Shown: positions 8,796 to 18,481, numbered from the stretch's first letter. The stretch: 64,000 nt of DNA from Thermodesulfobacteriota bacterium (GCA_049320885.1 JBMORA010000009.1:32001-96000), one strand, 5' to 3'. The notes: generated from the sequence alone by a model not told the origin. Program-made: numbers and translations.

Positions 8796-9434
8796 CTAGA
8801 AGAGGAGTGTAATGAAACAGATGCCGCTGCTGGAGGAATCGCCGGAATCGGAACCGCCGTCGCTTTCCGGGTTCCCCGGGGAATCGGCGCTTAGGGTCAC
8901 GGCGCCGAAGCGCAGGGCCTGGGTGTCATCATCCAGAATAACGTTGCCGGTTGTCACAAAATTTTTATAATCGCCGTTTTTGCCGATGGAAAGCGAAACC
9001 GCGGGCGGATTGGCGGTTGCGCGGTTGAAACGGACCGTGCCGAGAAGGATTTTATCACCACCGACGCCCGCGGCGGGATTGTCGGCGTCAAGCTTGCCTC
9101 CCACGATGATCACCTCTCCCGGATTGGTCGTCACCGGATCCACATACGCGTGTCGCTGGGCGCCCTGGCCGAAATACCAAGTCTCCTCGTTTTTTTCGGC
9201 GCTGACGAGGGAAAGATCGGCGGGGTTATACGACAACTTTACACCGAAACTGATCAGATTTCCGGATTGGATATCAGCATATATCCTTACGGTTACCATG
9301 CTTTCCGAAAATTCTCCCTCGCCGTAGACATGAACCGTCTCTGAAAGAGCCCGTCCGGGGAGGCTGAGCGTTGCAAAAAGGATCAGGAGCGGGAGCAGGC
9401 GGAATTGTGAGTCCTGCTGCGGGAAGGAGCGCAT
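8796..9434 (-). CDS. Secreted cohesin-like protein with Ser/Gly linker and C-terminal Cys-Phe-Ile (CFI-box-CTERM-like) sorting tail
   Basis: Clear paralog of 3930-4616 (AEKNE, PGEV.I.GGKLD, PAAGV.G..ILLG.V.FNR, Y.NFV). Ends SDGGSDSGDSSSSGICFITLLF. Confidence 0.75.
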   Translation of the reverse strand: MRSFPQQDSQFRLLPLLILFATLSLPGRALSETVHVYGEGEFSESMVTVRIYADIQSGNLISFGVKLSYNPADLSLVSAEKNEETWYFGQGAQRHAYVDPVTTNPGEVIIVGGKLDADNPAAGVGGDKILLGTVRFNRATANPPAVSLSIGKNGDYKNFVTTGNVILDDDTQALRFGAVTLSADSPGNPESDGGSDSGDSSSSGICFITLLF

Positions 9435-9664
9435 GGTTCAACATCCTTTCAAGTGGTTGGAATGCAATACCGGTTCGAAGTACCCTGCAGTTTCCTTACT
9501 CAATCGGTATTGAAATAGCAACCAGCTTTCTTTGTTTTTCGCATGTGAGCCTCGCTCCGACGTTGGTGAAGGGCTTGCCTTTTCAATTGATTAACCTTAG
9601 ATTTGATGATAACGATTATCGCTCGCCGGAAAGGCGCAGCAAAGAAGGATGCCGGAGCGCGAAT

Positions 9665-12613
9665 ATGCGAAAAAGATGTCTGACGATAGTGGTCTGCCTG
9701 ATGGTGTTGTCGGGGATTCATCCGCTCATCAAATTCACGGGAAAGCCTGGAATCCCCCATGCATGGAGTCTCCATTTCCGCACTGGCGCTGTGGCTGACG
9801 CGGCCGGCCTGGAAAACGGCACGGGGCTTGTGATCTGGCCCCATGAAAAAAGCGATCTGTCTCCGGACCCGGACGTCCGATATGGCCGATTTCCAAATGG
9901 ATTTCGATATATTTTGAAACACAACCAGGAACCGCGCAACCGGGTCAGCGCCCATCTTGTCATTCAGACCGGTTCCCTCAATGAAACCGAAGAGGAACGC
10001 GGTCTGGCTCATTTTCTGGAACATATGCTGTTCAACGGCACAACCCATTTCCCGCCGGGGGAGATGGTGAAATATTTCCAGCGCATCGGAATGCAGTTCG
10101 GACCGGATGCCAATGCGCACACCGGATTCAATGAGACGATCTATGATGTGCTGCTGCCCCTGGGGGACCGGAAACACCTGGAGGAAGCCCTGGTGGTTCT
10201 GCTGGATTACGCCCAGGGCGCACTCCTGCTTCCGGAAGAGATCGAGCGGGAGCGCAATGTTGTTTTGGCGGAAAAACGCACCCGGGATTCGGCCGAATAC
10301 CGGATCATGGAAGCGTCCCTGAATTTTGAGATGCCGGATACGCTTTTGCCCAAGCGGCTGCCCATCGGTTTGGAACCGGTCATCCGCAAAGCGGATCAGG
10401 CATTGTTCAAAGGGTTTTATGATGCCTGGTACCGGCCGGACAATATGATCGTTGTGATGGTGGGCGACTTTGATCCGACGGTGGCCGCCCAATTGCTGGA
10501 GGAAAAATTCGCCGGAATGATTCCCAGGGCTCCGTGGCGGCCGCTGCCTGATCTCGGTGAGCTGGCACATGAGGGCCTCAAGATATTCCACCACTATGAG
10601 AAAGAATCCGGCAAGACCGCCGTTACCATCGAGCGGATCAAAAAAGTCATGCCGGAACCGGATTCGTTCGATTACCAGAAACGCATGCTCGAAAAATACA
10701 TGGCGGACCGCATTGTTCAAAACCGGCTGGACAAACTGGTGAAGAAGCCGGATTCACCTTTCACCAGCGCCACGGTCAGCTCGGGAATCCACCTGCAGGA
10801 ATTTTTTTACGCGGATTTGATGGCCCATTGCCGCCCGGAAAACTGGTCGCAGTCTCTGGCCAAGATGGAAAAGGTGTTGCGAAAGGCGCTGCAATTCGGC
10901 TTCACGGAGAACGAGATCGAGAGGGTCAAGAAGGATCTCCTGGCGGAAATGGACAAGGCCGAAAAGGGAGCCGCAACCCGCAACAGCCAGTCGCTGGCAT
11001 ATGAAATCATATGGAATCTGGACAACGACAGGGTGTTTCAATCTCCCAAACAGGAAAAGGCGCTCTTCGCCCCGGTGGTGGGTTCGGTCACGGCGGCACA
11101 GCTCCATGAGGCCTTCCAGGATACCTGGGCCGAGGATTCGCGCTTGGTCCTGGTGACGGGAAACGCCGACATCGAACCGGCTCCAGAGGCGGCCATCCGT
11201 GAGGTGTTTGCGGCAAGCCGGAACGTCGCGGTCCAAAAACCAAAGGCGGTGGAATCCGCCCGGTTCCCCTATCTGCAGCCGGCCGAAACGCCGCTCCAGA
11301 TCGCAAAACGCGAGGACATCACGGATCTGGGAATTACCGTGATCGATTTTCAAAATGGTGTCCGCTTGAATTTGAAGCCGACCAGGTTCAAAGAAAACGA
11401 ACTGTTGGCGGCATTGCGTTTCGGCCGGGGCCGGTATGGGGAACCGGTGGACCAGGAGGGGCTGGCGGTGCTGGCCGAGGCGGTCTTGAACGAAAGTGGA
11501 ACCGCCACCTTGGACAAGGAGGAGTTGGCCGAGGCCTTGGCCGGTAAGATCACCCAGGTCCGGTTTCAGATCCGCGATGAAGCCATGGAAATGGCCGGCC
11601 GCAGCAGCCCGGAAGAGACCGAGCTGCTGTTTCAGCTTTTCCAGGCCTATCTTCGGGACACCGGGTTCCGTGAAGACGCCTATCAACTGGTGAAAGAGCG
11701 CTTTCGTCAGCGCTATGAGGCGCTCCAGCATTCGCCGGATGGCGCCATGGAACTGCATGGGAAGCGCTTTCTGGCCGGAGGAGACTCCCGGTTCGGTATG
11801 CCTGCGTATGAAAAGCTGACGGAAAGCTCATTGGACCGGATCCGCCAGTGGGTCCAGGACCAACGCGCCGGCACGGCGGTGGAACTTTCCATGGTGGGTG
11901 ATTTCGACGTGGAGACAGTGATTTCCCTGGCTTCCCGTTATCTGGGAACATTCCCGGCGCCGGTTTCCAAAGCAGAACCAGAAGACCTGCGGAGACCACA
12001 ATTCCCGGCCGGCAAATCACTTGCGCTGAAGGTGCCCACGGAGATCCCCAAGGGGCTCGTCGATGTGGCCTATCCCACGGATGATTTCTGGGACATCAGC
12101 CGGACCCGCCGAATGGTCATCCTGGGGGAGATCGTTTCGGAAATGATGCGCGTCAAAATACGGGAAAAGCTGGGCGCCTCCTATTCCTCCTACGCCTATA
12201 ACGATGCCAGCCGTGTCTATAGAGGCTATGGCGTGTTTCATGCCGTTGTGCAGGTGGCGCCGGAAGACGCGGAAATGGTGGTTCGGGAAATCCATCAGAT
12301 AGTGGAAGATATCCGTAATAACGGTGTCGGCGACGATTTGTTGAAGAGAGCCCTTGATCCGGTGCTGACCAGCCTGAAAGACATGCTCAGAACCAATCCC
12401 TACTGGTTGAACAGTGTCATGCAGGGCATGCGGCGGCATCCCCAGCAGCTGGAATGGGCCCGGACCCTGCTGCCCGATTACAGCAGCATCACCAGGAAGG
12501 ATGTCCGGGATTTCGCCCTGCGGTATCTTGACAACCGGAAAGCGGCCAGGATCGTGATCACGCCGGATAAACCAGAAAATGAGCCGCCCGGGGGCAAGCA
12601 GGGAGAATCATGA
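9665..12613 (+). CDS. M16 family zinc metallopeptidase (PqqL-like), exported
   Basis: GSLNETEEERGLAHFLEHMLFNGT inverted HxxEH zinc motif, NAHT and REKLGASY. N-terminal hydrophobic signal. Start taken at ATG 9665. Confidence 0.92.
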   Translation: MRKRCLTIVVCLMVLSGIHPLIKFTGKPGIPHAWSLHFRTGAVADAAGLENGTGLVIWPHEKSDLSPDPDVRYGRFPNGFRYILKHNQEPRNRVSAHLVIQTGSLNETEEERGLAHFLEHMLFNGTTHFPPGEMVKYFQRIGMQFGPDANAHTGFNETIYDVLLPLGDRKHLEEALVVLLDYAQGALLLPEEIERERNVVLAEKRTRDSAEYRIMEASLNFEMPDTLLPKRLPIGLEPVIRKADQALFKGFYDAWYRPDNMIVVMVGDFDPTVAAQLLEEKFAGMIPRAPWRPLPDLGELAHEGLKIFHHYEKESGKTAVTIERIKKVMPEPDSFDYQKRMLEKYMADRIVQNRLDKLVKKPDSPFTSATVSSGIHLQEFFYADLMAHCRPENWSQSLAKMEKVLRKALQFGFTENEIERVKKDLLAEMDKAEKGAATRNSQSLAYEIIWNLDNDRVFQSPKQEKALFAPVVGSVTAAQLHEAFQDTWAEDSRLVLVTGNADIEPAPEAAIREVFAASRNVAVQKPKAVESARFPYLQPAETPLQIAKREDITDLGITVIDFQNGVRLNLKPTRFKENELLAALRFGRGRYGEPVDQEGLAVLAEAVLNESGTATLDKEELAEALAGKITQVRFQIRDEAMEMAGRSSPEETELLFQLFQAYLRDTGFREDAYQLVKERFRQRYEALQHSPDGAMELHGKRFLAGGDSRFGMPAYEKLTESSLDRIRQWVQDQRAGTAVELSMVGDFDVETVISLASRYLGTFPAPVSKAEPEDLRRPQFPAGKSLALKVPTEIPKGLVDVAYPTDDFWDISRTRRMVILGEIVSEMMRVKIREKLGASYSSYAYNDASRVYRGYGVFHAVVQVAPEDAEMVVREIHQIVEDIRNNGVGDDLLKRALDPVLTSLKDMLRTNPYWLNSVMQGMRRHPQQLEWARTLLPDYSSITRKDVRDFALRYLDNRKAARIVITPDKPENEPPGGKQGES

Positions 12614-13434
12614 TACGCCCCCTGCTCCTTTTTTTCATGGCCACCGCCATGGCCTTCGCGGGCTCCGAAGCCCTCCGGGCCGAAGGACACAAGCCCCTGC
12701 CGTTTACCAACGACCTGGGTATGAAGTTTGTCTATCTTCCACCGGGCACCTTTCTGATGGGCAGCCCCCTGGATGAATTGTATCGCAATCCGGATGAGGA
12801 ACTGCATCCCGTAACGCTGAGCCGGGGATTTTTCATGCAGACCACCGAGGTGACCCAGCGTCAGTGGCGATCGGTCATGGGTTACAATCCTTCCAAATAC
12901 AAGGAGTGTGGAAGTGATTGCCCGGTGGAAATGGTCACCTGGAATGCTGTCCAGGCGTTTATCCGCAGGCTGAACGCCCGGAGCCGGGACATACAGTATC
13001 GTCTGCCGACGGAAGCGGAATGGGAATATGCCTGCCGCGCCGGAACGCGCACCCCGTTCTTTTATGGTGACTATCTGTCGTCGGATCAGGCCAATTATAA
13101 TGGCCATTTCCCGCTTCCCGGAACACCGCGGGGGATCAACCGCAACAGCACCATGCCGGTGGGAAGCTTTCCACCCAACGCTTTCGGCCTGTATGATCTG
13201 CACGGCAACGTGGTTGAATGGTGCCAGGATTATTATGGCGCCTATCCGCCGGGGGCGGTAACCGATCCCGTCGGTCCGGCGCGGGGGATGTCCCGGGTCT
13301 GCCGGGGGGGCGGGATGAGCAGCTATGCCCGGCGCTGCCGTTCGGCAAACCGTACCCGGCATTTACCGGATTATTGGAATTTTTACATCGGCTTCCGTCT
13401 GGTCTGTTCCGTAACGCCGAAGGGAACCAAATGA
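12610..13434 (+). CDS. Formylglycine-generating-enzyme (FGE-sulfatase/SUMF1) domain protein, exported
   Basis: FLMGS, TTEVTQRQW, YRLPTEAEWEYACRAG, PNAFGLYDLHGNVVEWC and IGFRLV motifs. Signal peptide. ATGA overlap with the upstream gene. Confidence 0.92.
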   Translation: MIRPLLLFFMATAMAFAGSEALRAEGHKPLPFTNDLGMKFVYLPPGTFLMGSPLDELYRNPDEELHPVTLSRGFFMQTTEVTQRQWRSVMGYNPSKYKECGSDCPVEMVTWNAVQAFIRRLNARSRDIQYRLPTEAEWEYACRAGTRTPFFYGDYLSSDQANYNGHFPLPGTPRGINRNSTMPVGSFPPNAFGLYDLHGNVVEWCQDYYGAYPPGAVTDPVGPARGMSRVCRGGGMSSYARRCRSANRTRHLPDYWNFYIGFRLVCSVTPKGTK

Positions 13435-14156
13435 GAAGCCGGGAATTGATACGTCGCGGCCGGGTTGCATGGCTTTGTTTTTTTTTCACCGCCGTTCCCT
13501 GCCTGGCGGCGCCACCCACGCCGCCGGACGAGGTGATCCGGGACGCGGAAGCGGTGGCGGCCGCAAGCCAGGACATTTTTCGAAAACTGTTCTTCAGTAG
13601 TTCTTATAATAGCCTGAAATGTCAAGATAATATATATAATTTACTGGTCGAGATCCGCCGCGCCAACCTGGACCTCTCCCAGGTGAAGGTGCTGGTTATT
13701 TTTGATAAGGATCATGACCGGTTGATCCCGACAAAAGAAAAAAAGGAAAAAAAGTATTACGGCGTTGAGCGTCCCGATATCACGACCTATCGGACCCGTT
13801 CGGTGCCGTCCCGCCAACCGCCGCCCAACCGGTTCCGGTATCATGTACTGGCGGTGGTTCAGGACAAGGTGCTGGATTTTGATTATACCGACAGTCCGGC
13901 CTTTCCGCTGGTAACGGAATATGTCGACGGCATGTTCTGTGACGGAAAACTTTCCCGGCAGGAGCGGCGCGACCTGTTTAACCGTCTGATTCTGAGAATC
14001 ATTTCAGCCGAGGATTACCTGCGGGATCATCCCCAGCACCCGAGCTATTATTTGTTCGATCTGGACCGCAAATATCCGTCCCGAACAGTGGAGGAATATC
14101 TTCAAGGTGCGCCGGTTTTGCCGGCGTCACCTCCGGAACCGGTGCAGGTCCGGTGA
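13431..14156 (+). CDS. Exported protein resembling N-terminal glutamine amidohydrolase (NTAQ1/WDYHV; Cys-His-Asp)
   Basis: ATGA overlap and a signal peptide. Motifs CQDNIYNLL, FRYHVLAV, VLDFDY and LRIISAEDYL are colinear with NTAQ1 motifs CEENIWKL, WDYHVVLL, IYDLDT and FRVIRADSYL. Confidence 0.6.
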   Translation: MRSRELIRRGRVAWLCFFFTAVPCLAAPPTPPDEVIRDAEAVAAASQDIFRKLFFSSSYNSLKCQDNIYNLLVEIRRANLDLSQVKVLVIFDKDHDRLIPTKEKKEKKYYGVERPDITTYRTRSVPSRQPPPNRFRYHVLAVVQDKVLDFDYTDSPAFPLVTEYVDGMFCDGKLSRQERRDLFNRLILRIISAEDYLRDHPQHPSYYLFDLDRKYPSRTVEEYLQGAPVLPASPPEPVQVR

Positions 14157-14174
14157 GGGCATGACCCTTTGGTG

Positions 14175-14969
14175 TTAGGAAATATCTGTTATATCAAATA
14201 ATTGTAATGTATTGTTCCAGATGGTGGCCGCCAGCGCGGCAGGCTCCTCGCCACGCACTGCCGCGAGTTTCAGAAAAGTGGAACGCACAAACGCCGGTTC
14301 ATTTCGGCGAAAGCGATTGCGCTCCGGAGTCGGCGTCAGGTAGGGCGCATCGGTTTCCACCACCAGCCGGTCCCCGGGGATTTCCGGCACCATTTCACGG
14401 AGCTGTTCTCCGCGCTGCCGGTTGGTCAGAATGCCGGTGATCCCGATATGGAGCCCCATGTCGACATAGTTCCGCATTTCCTCTACGGTGCCGGAAAAAC
14501 AATGCACCACCCCTCGGCGGGATCTCCGGTGGTGGGATTTCAGGATATCCAGGAATCGACCGCCGCTGTCCCGCTCATGAAAAATCAGGGGCAGGTCCAG
14601 CTCATCGGCGATTTCGATCTGGCGATGAAACCAATGCTCCTGGTCTTGTTGGGGGGAGAACATGCGGTTGAAGTCCAAACCGGTTTCACCCCAGGCCCGC
14701 ACTTTGGGATGCCGGGCCAGCTGTTTCAAACGCCCGAGGGATTTTTCACTGCATTCCGCCGCATCGTGGGGGTGAATTCCAATGGATGCATAGACGCCTG
14801 AATATTTTTCGGCCAGGGCGATGGCGTGCTCCGAGGTTTCCAGGGTGATTCCCACCGTCATCACGGCTTTGACCCCAGCCCTGGCGCCCCGGGCCATGAC
14901 CTCCGGGAGATCGGCGGAAAAAGACGCATCGTCCAGATGGCAGTGGCTGTCAAACAGCTTTTGCTCCAT
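14175..14969 (-). CDS. tatD: TatD family deoxyribonuclease
   Basis: DSHCHL, GIHPH, GETGLDF, VVHCFSG, ETDAPYL and RNEP motifs. Confidence 0.93.
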   Translation of the reverse strand: MEQKLFDSHCHLDDASFSADLPEVMARGARAGVKAVMTVGITLETSEHAIALAEKYSGVYASIGIHPHDAAECSEKSLGRLKQLARHPKVRAWGETGLDFNRMFSPQQDQEHWFHRQIEIADELDLPLIFHERDSGGRFLDILKSHHRRSRRGVVHCFSGTVEEMRNYVDMGLHIGITGILTNRQRGEQLREMVPEIPGDRLVVETDAPYLTPTPERNRFRRNEPAFVRSTFLKLAAVRGEEPAALAATIWNNTLQLFDITDIS

Positions 14970-15203
14970 TTTTTCCGTGCCTTTCTGCTTCGTTATGGGC
15001 TGATCGATGAACGGGGTCTTCCATATCATTGTTTGTTCCGGGGGGCAATCTTTCCAGCAGGCCTAATGAACTGCGCCCTGAATTAAGTGTTGCATTTATT
15101 ATGAGTATAAGCTTATAAATACCATTTGCGTCGGGTTGAATTCGGATCAGCGTTCATCGCCGGGTGCGGCTGAACGGATCTATCTTATAAGGAGGATGAA
15201 TAT

Positions 15204-16034
15204 ATGTTCAAAATTGTTCGTCGGGAAGAAATGTCAGGGGGCACGGTGATTCTGAATGAAATTGAAGCACCGCTCATCGCCCGCAAGGCCAAACCGGGTC
15301 AGTTCGTTATCCTGAAGGCCAACGAGACCGGAGAAAGAATTCCCCTGACCATGGCGGATACCAATCCGGAAAAAGGCACCATCACCATCATTTACATGGT
15401 GGTGGGCAAATCCACTGCGCTTTTCAAAACCCTCAAGGTGGGCGAGGGATATCAGGATATCATCGGCCCGCTGGGAAAACCGACCCACCTGGAAAATGTC
15501 GGCACGGCGGTCTGCGTGGGCGGCGGAACGGGGATTGCGGTGTTGCACCCCATCACTCGCGGCCTCAAGCAGGCGGGAAATCACGTGATCAGCATCATCG
15601 GCGCCCGCAGCAAGGATATCCTCATTCTGGAAGACCAGATGCGGGCCGCTTCCCATGAACTGCATGTCTGCACGGACGACGGATCGTACGGCCATCACGG
15701 ATTCGTCACCGACGTGCTGAAAACCGTACTGCAGAGTCAAAAGGTCGGCCTGGTGGTCGGCATCGGTCCGGTGCCCATGATGAAGTTCGTATCCAAGATG
15801 ACAAAGGAATTCGGCGTCAAGACGCTGGTCAGCCTGAACCCCATCATGATCGACGGCACCGGCATGTGCGGCGGCTGCCGTGTTTCCGTGGGCGGCAAGA
15901 CCCAGTTCGCCTGCGTGGACGGGCCGGAATTTGACGGACACCTGGTGGATTTCGACGAATTGATGTTGCGCCTCCAGTCCTATTGCGAGGAAGAAAAAGA
16001 GTGCTACCAGGAATTCTGCACCCTGAAAGAATAA
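15204..16034 (+). CDS. nfnA: Electron-bifurcating transhydrogenase small subunit NfnA (SudB-like)
   Basis: KPGQFVI, GERIPLT, VGGGTG and DGTGMCGGCR...CVDGPEFDG [2Fe-2S] motif. AAGGAGG RBS. Paired with a GltD-like gene. Confidence 0.9.
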   Translation: MFKIVRREEMSGGTVILNEIEAPLIARKAKPGQFVILKANETGERIPLTMADTNPEKGTITIIYMVVGKSTALFKTLKVGEGYQDIIGPLGKPTHLENVGTAVCVGGGTGIAVLHPITRGLKQAGNHVISIIGARSKDILILEDQMRAASHELHVCTDDGSYGHHGFVTDVLKTVLQSQKVGLVVGIGPVPMMKFVSKMTKEFGVKTLVSLNPIMIDGTGMCGGCRVSVGGKTQFACVDGPEFDGHLVDFDELMLRLQSYCEEEKECYQEFCTLKE

Positions 16035-16086
16035 TCATGTGCTAGTGTGCATCCTAAAGATATCCGATCACACCATGGAGGATAGA

Positions 16087-17499
16087 ATGGCGGAGAAAGC
16101 AGAAAAAAAAGAAAAAACCCCACGTCAACCCATGCCCGAACAGGATCCCAAGGTTCGGGCTCGAAATTTTGAGGAAGTCCCTTACGGATACAGCCCGGAA
16201 ACAGCCATGAAGGAGGCGGAACGCTGCCTGCAGTGCAAAAATCCGGCCTGTGTCAACGGATGTCCGGTGGGCGTGGATATCCCGGGTTTTATCAGCCGGA
16301 TCAAAGAGGGGGAATTTGCCAGGGCCATCACCAAAATCTGGGAGAAAAACAGCCTGCCGGCGGTCTGCGGCCGTGTCTGCCCCCAGGAGATGCAATGTGA
16401 AGGCCAGTGCATTCTGGGCAAAAAAGGAGAGCCGGTGGCCATCGGCAACCTGGAAAGATTTGCCGCGGACTACGCCCGCAACAGAGGGGAGTGCGAACTG
16501 CCCGTACAGGCCGAGCCCACCGGAAAACGCGTGGCCGTGGTGGGTTCCGGTCCGGCCGGATTGACCGTGGCCGGCGATTTGACCCTGAAAGGCCACAGCG
16601 TCACGATCTTTGAGGCCTTTCATAAACCCGGCGGGGTGCTGGTTTACGGCATTCCCGAATTCCGTCTGCCCAAGGACATCGTTTTCGCCGAAGTGGCGGC
16701 CCTGGGCGACATGGGGGTCAAGCTTGAACTCAACCAGGTCATCGGCCGGACCATCACGGTGGACGAACTGTTCGCGGATGGATACGACGCCGTTTTTCTG
16801 GGGGTCGGGGCAGGACTGCCGCGGTTCCTGAATGTACCCGGCGAGAACCTGATCGGCGTCTATTCCGCCAATGAATATCTGACCCGCTCCAACCTGATGA
16901 AGGCCTACCGCTTTCCGGAATACGACACCCCCGTTATCAAGGGCAAACATGTCATTACCCTGGGGGCTGGAAACGTGGCCATGGATTCGGCGCGCACGGC
17001 CCTGCGGCTGGGCGCGGAAAGTTCCAGCATCGTCTATCGCCGTTCCCGGGAGGAAGTGCCGGCCAGGTCTGCGGAAGTCCACCATGCCGAGGAAGAAGGC
17101 GTTCAATTCCATTTTCTGACGGCTCCGGTGAAATTCCTGGGCAATGAAAAAGGGCGGTTGACTGGAATGGTCGGTCTGAAAATGGAACTGGGGGAGCCGG
17201 ATGAATCCGGGCGCCGACGGCCGGTGGCCGTCAAAGGCTCCGAATTCGAAATGCAATGCGACCTGGCCATCATCGCCGTGGGCGCCAACGCCAACCCCTT
17301 GCTGACCGGTTCCACGGAAGGCCTGAAGCTGAACAAATGGGGGTATATCGTGGCGGATGAGGCCAGCGGCAAGACCAGCCGCAAGGCGGTCTGGGCGGGC
17401 GGCGACATCGTCACCGGATCGGCCACGGTCATCCTGGCCATGGGCGCCGGTCGTAAGGCCGCCGACTCCATGCATGATTATCTGACCAGAGGCTGGTAA
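16087..17499 (+). CDS. nfnB: NfnB (SudA/GltD-like NADPH-dependent Fe-S flavoprotein)
   Basis: RCLQCKNPACVNGCP, CGRVCPQEMQCE, GSGPAG, YGIPEFRLPK and GAGNVAMD motifs. Confidence 0.9.
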   Translation: MAEKAEKKEKTPRQPMPEQDPKVRARNFEEVPYGYSPETAMKEAERCLQCKNPACVNGCPVGVDIPGFISRIKEGEFARAITKIWEKNSLPAVCGRVCPQEMQCEGQCILGKKGEPVAIGNLERFAADYARNRGECELPVQAEPTGKRVAVVGSGPAGLTVAGDLTLKGHSVTIFEAFHKPGGVLVYGIPEFRLPKDIVFAEVAALGDMGVKLELNQVIGRTITVDELFADGYDAVFLGVGAGLPRFLNVPGENLIGVYSANEYLTRSNLMKAYRFPEYDTPVIKGKHVITLGAGNVAMDSARTALRLGAESSSIVYRRSREEVPARSAEVHHAEEEGVQFHFLTAPVKFLGNEKGRLTGMVGLKMELGEPDESGRRRPVAVKGSEFEMQCDLAIIAVGANANPLLTGSTEGLKLNKWGYIVADEASGKTSRKAVWAGGDIVTGSATVILAMGAGRKAADSMHDYLTRGW

Positions 17500-17668
17500 A
17501 TCGGCTCAGGTTCCGAACAGCAAGAGCAATCGAGGCCGCGCCGTCCGTTTTCCCGTTCCGGGCGGCCTGTGGCGGCGCAGCTTCCGTTTGCCTGAATTGG
17601 TTTCGCTTCCCTGCGCAACGCCCTTGCGCACGACCTGACCCTGAAAACCGGGTTTCTAACCGGACTGC

Positions 17669-18478
17669 ATGAAAAGACGCTATCACAGGGTTCTGACCAT
17701 CGCCGGCTCGGACAGCGGCGGCGGCGCCGGCATCCAGGCGGATCTGAAAACCATAGCTGCCCTGGGCTGTTACGGCCTGTCAGTGATTACCGCCGTCACG
17801 GCCCAGAACACGACCGGTGTCACGGCGGTTCACGCGGTTCCCGGTGATATCCTGGCAGCCCAGCTAACGGCGGTTTTGACCGATATGGGCGCCGACGCCG
17901 TCAAGATCGGCATGCTGCTTTCCCCGGAAGCCGTCCGCATTATCGCCGATGGCCTTTCCCATTCACCCCTTCCGCCGATTGTGCTGGATCCGGTCATGTC
18001 CGCCCAGAGCGGAGGTCAGCTGCTTCATGATGACGCCCTGGAGGTCTTGAAAACATTCCTTCTACCCAGGGTCCATGTCCTCACTCCCAATCTGCCCGAG
18101 GCGGAACGACTATTAAACAGGAAGATCAGGACCGCAGGCGACATGCCCCGGGCGGCCCGGGATCTGGCCGGCTTCGGCAGCCGGAACATCCTGTTGAAAG
18201 GCGGCCATCTGGAAGCGGATCAGTGCGTTGACTGGCTGTATCTGGTGGAGGAAAACCGGTTGCTGGAGTTTCCGGGCGAGCGGGTGCAAACCCGAAACGA
18301 TCACGGCACCGGCTGCACCCTGTCCGCCGCCGTGGCCGCCCTGCTGGCCAGGGGCGAATCCGTTGCGGCTGCCGTGGCCGGAGCGAAACATTTTCTCACC
18401 AAGGCCCTGAAGGCCGGCGAATCCTATCGGATCGGTCGTGGCCGCGGCCCCCTGCATCATTTTCATGCCTACTGGTAG
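17669..18478 (+). CDS. thiD: Hydroxymethylpyrimidine/phosphomethylpyrimidine kinase
   Basis: LTIAGSDSGGGAGIQADLKT, TAQNT, DPVM, TPNLPEA, KGGH and HGTGCTLS motifs. Confidence 0.96.
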   Translation: MKRRYHRVLTIAGSDSGGGAGIQADLKTIAALGCYGLSVITAVTAQNTTGVTAVHAVPGDILAAQLTAVLTDMGADAVKIGMLLSPEAVRIIADGLSHSPLPPIVLDPVMSAQSGGQLLHDDALEVLKTFLLPRVHVLTPNLPEAERLLNRKIRTAGDMPRAARDLAGFGSRNILLKGGHLEADQCVDWLYLVEENRLLEFPGERVQTRNDHGTGCTLSAAVAALLARGESVAAAVAGAKHFLTKALKAGESYRIGRGRGPLHHFHAYW

Positions 18479-18481
18479 CGG

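Noticed and set aside
9371..9664. Upstream extensions in the ORF track (M16 peptidase from 9371; likewise 3771, 4453, 13218, 31606, 57979)
   Set aside because: They overlap neighbouring genes or promoters. Downstream ATGs have better RBS, signal-peptide or gene-overlap context.
17500..17668. Possible TPP riboswitch upstream of thiD
   Set aside because: The conserved CUGAGA and downstream core elements were not found by eye. An Rfam scan would be needed to exclude it fully.
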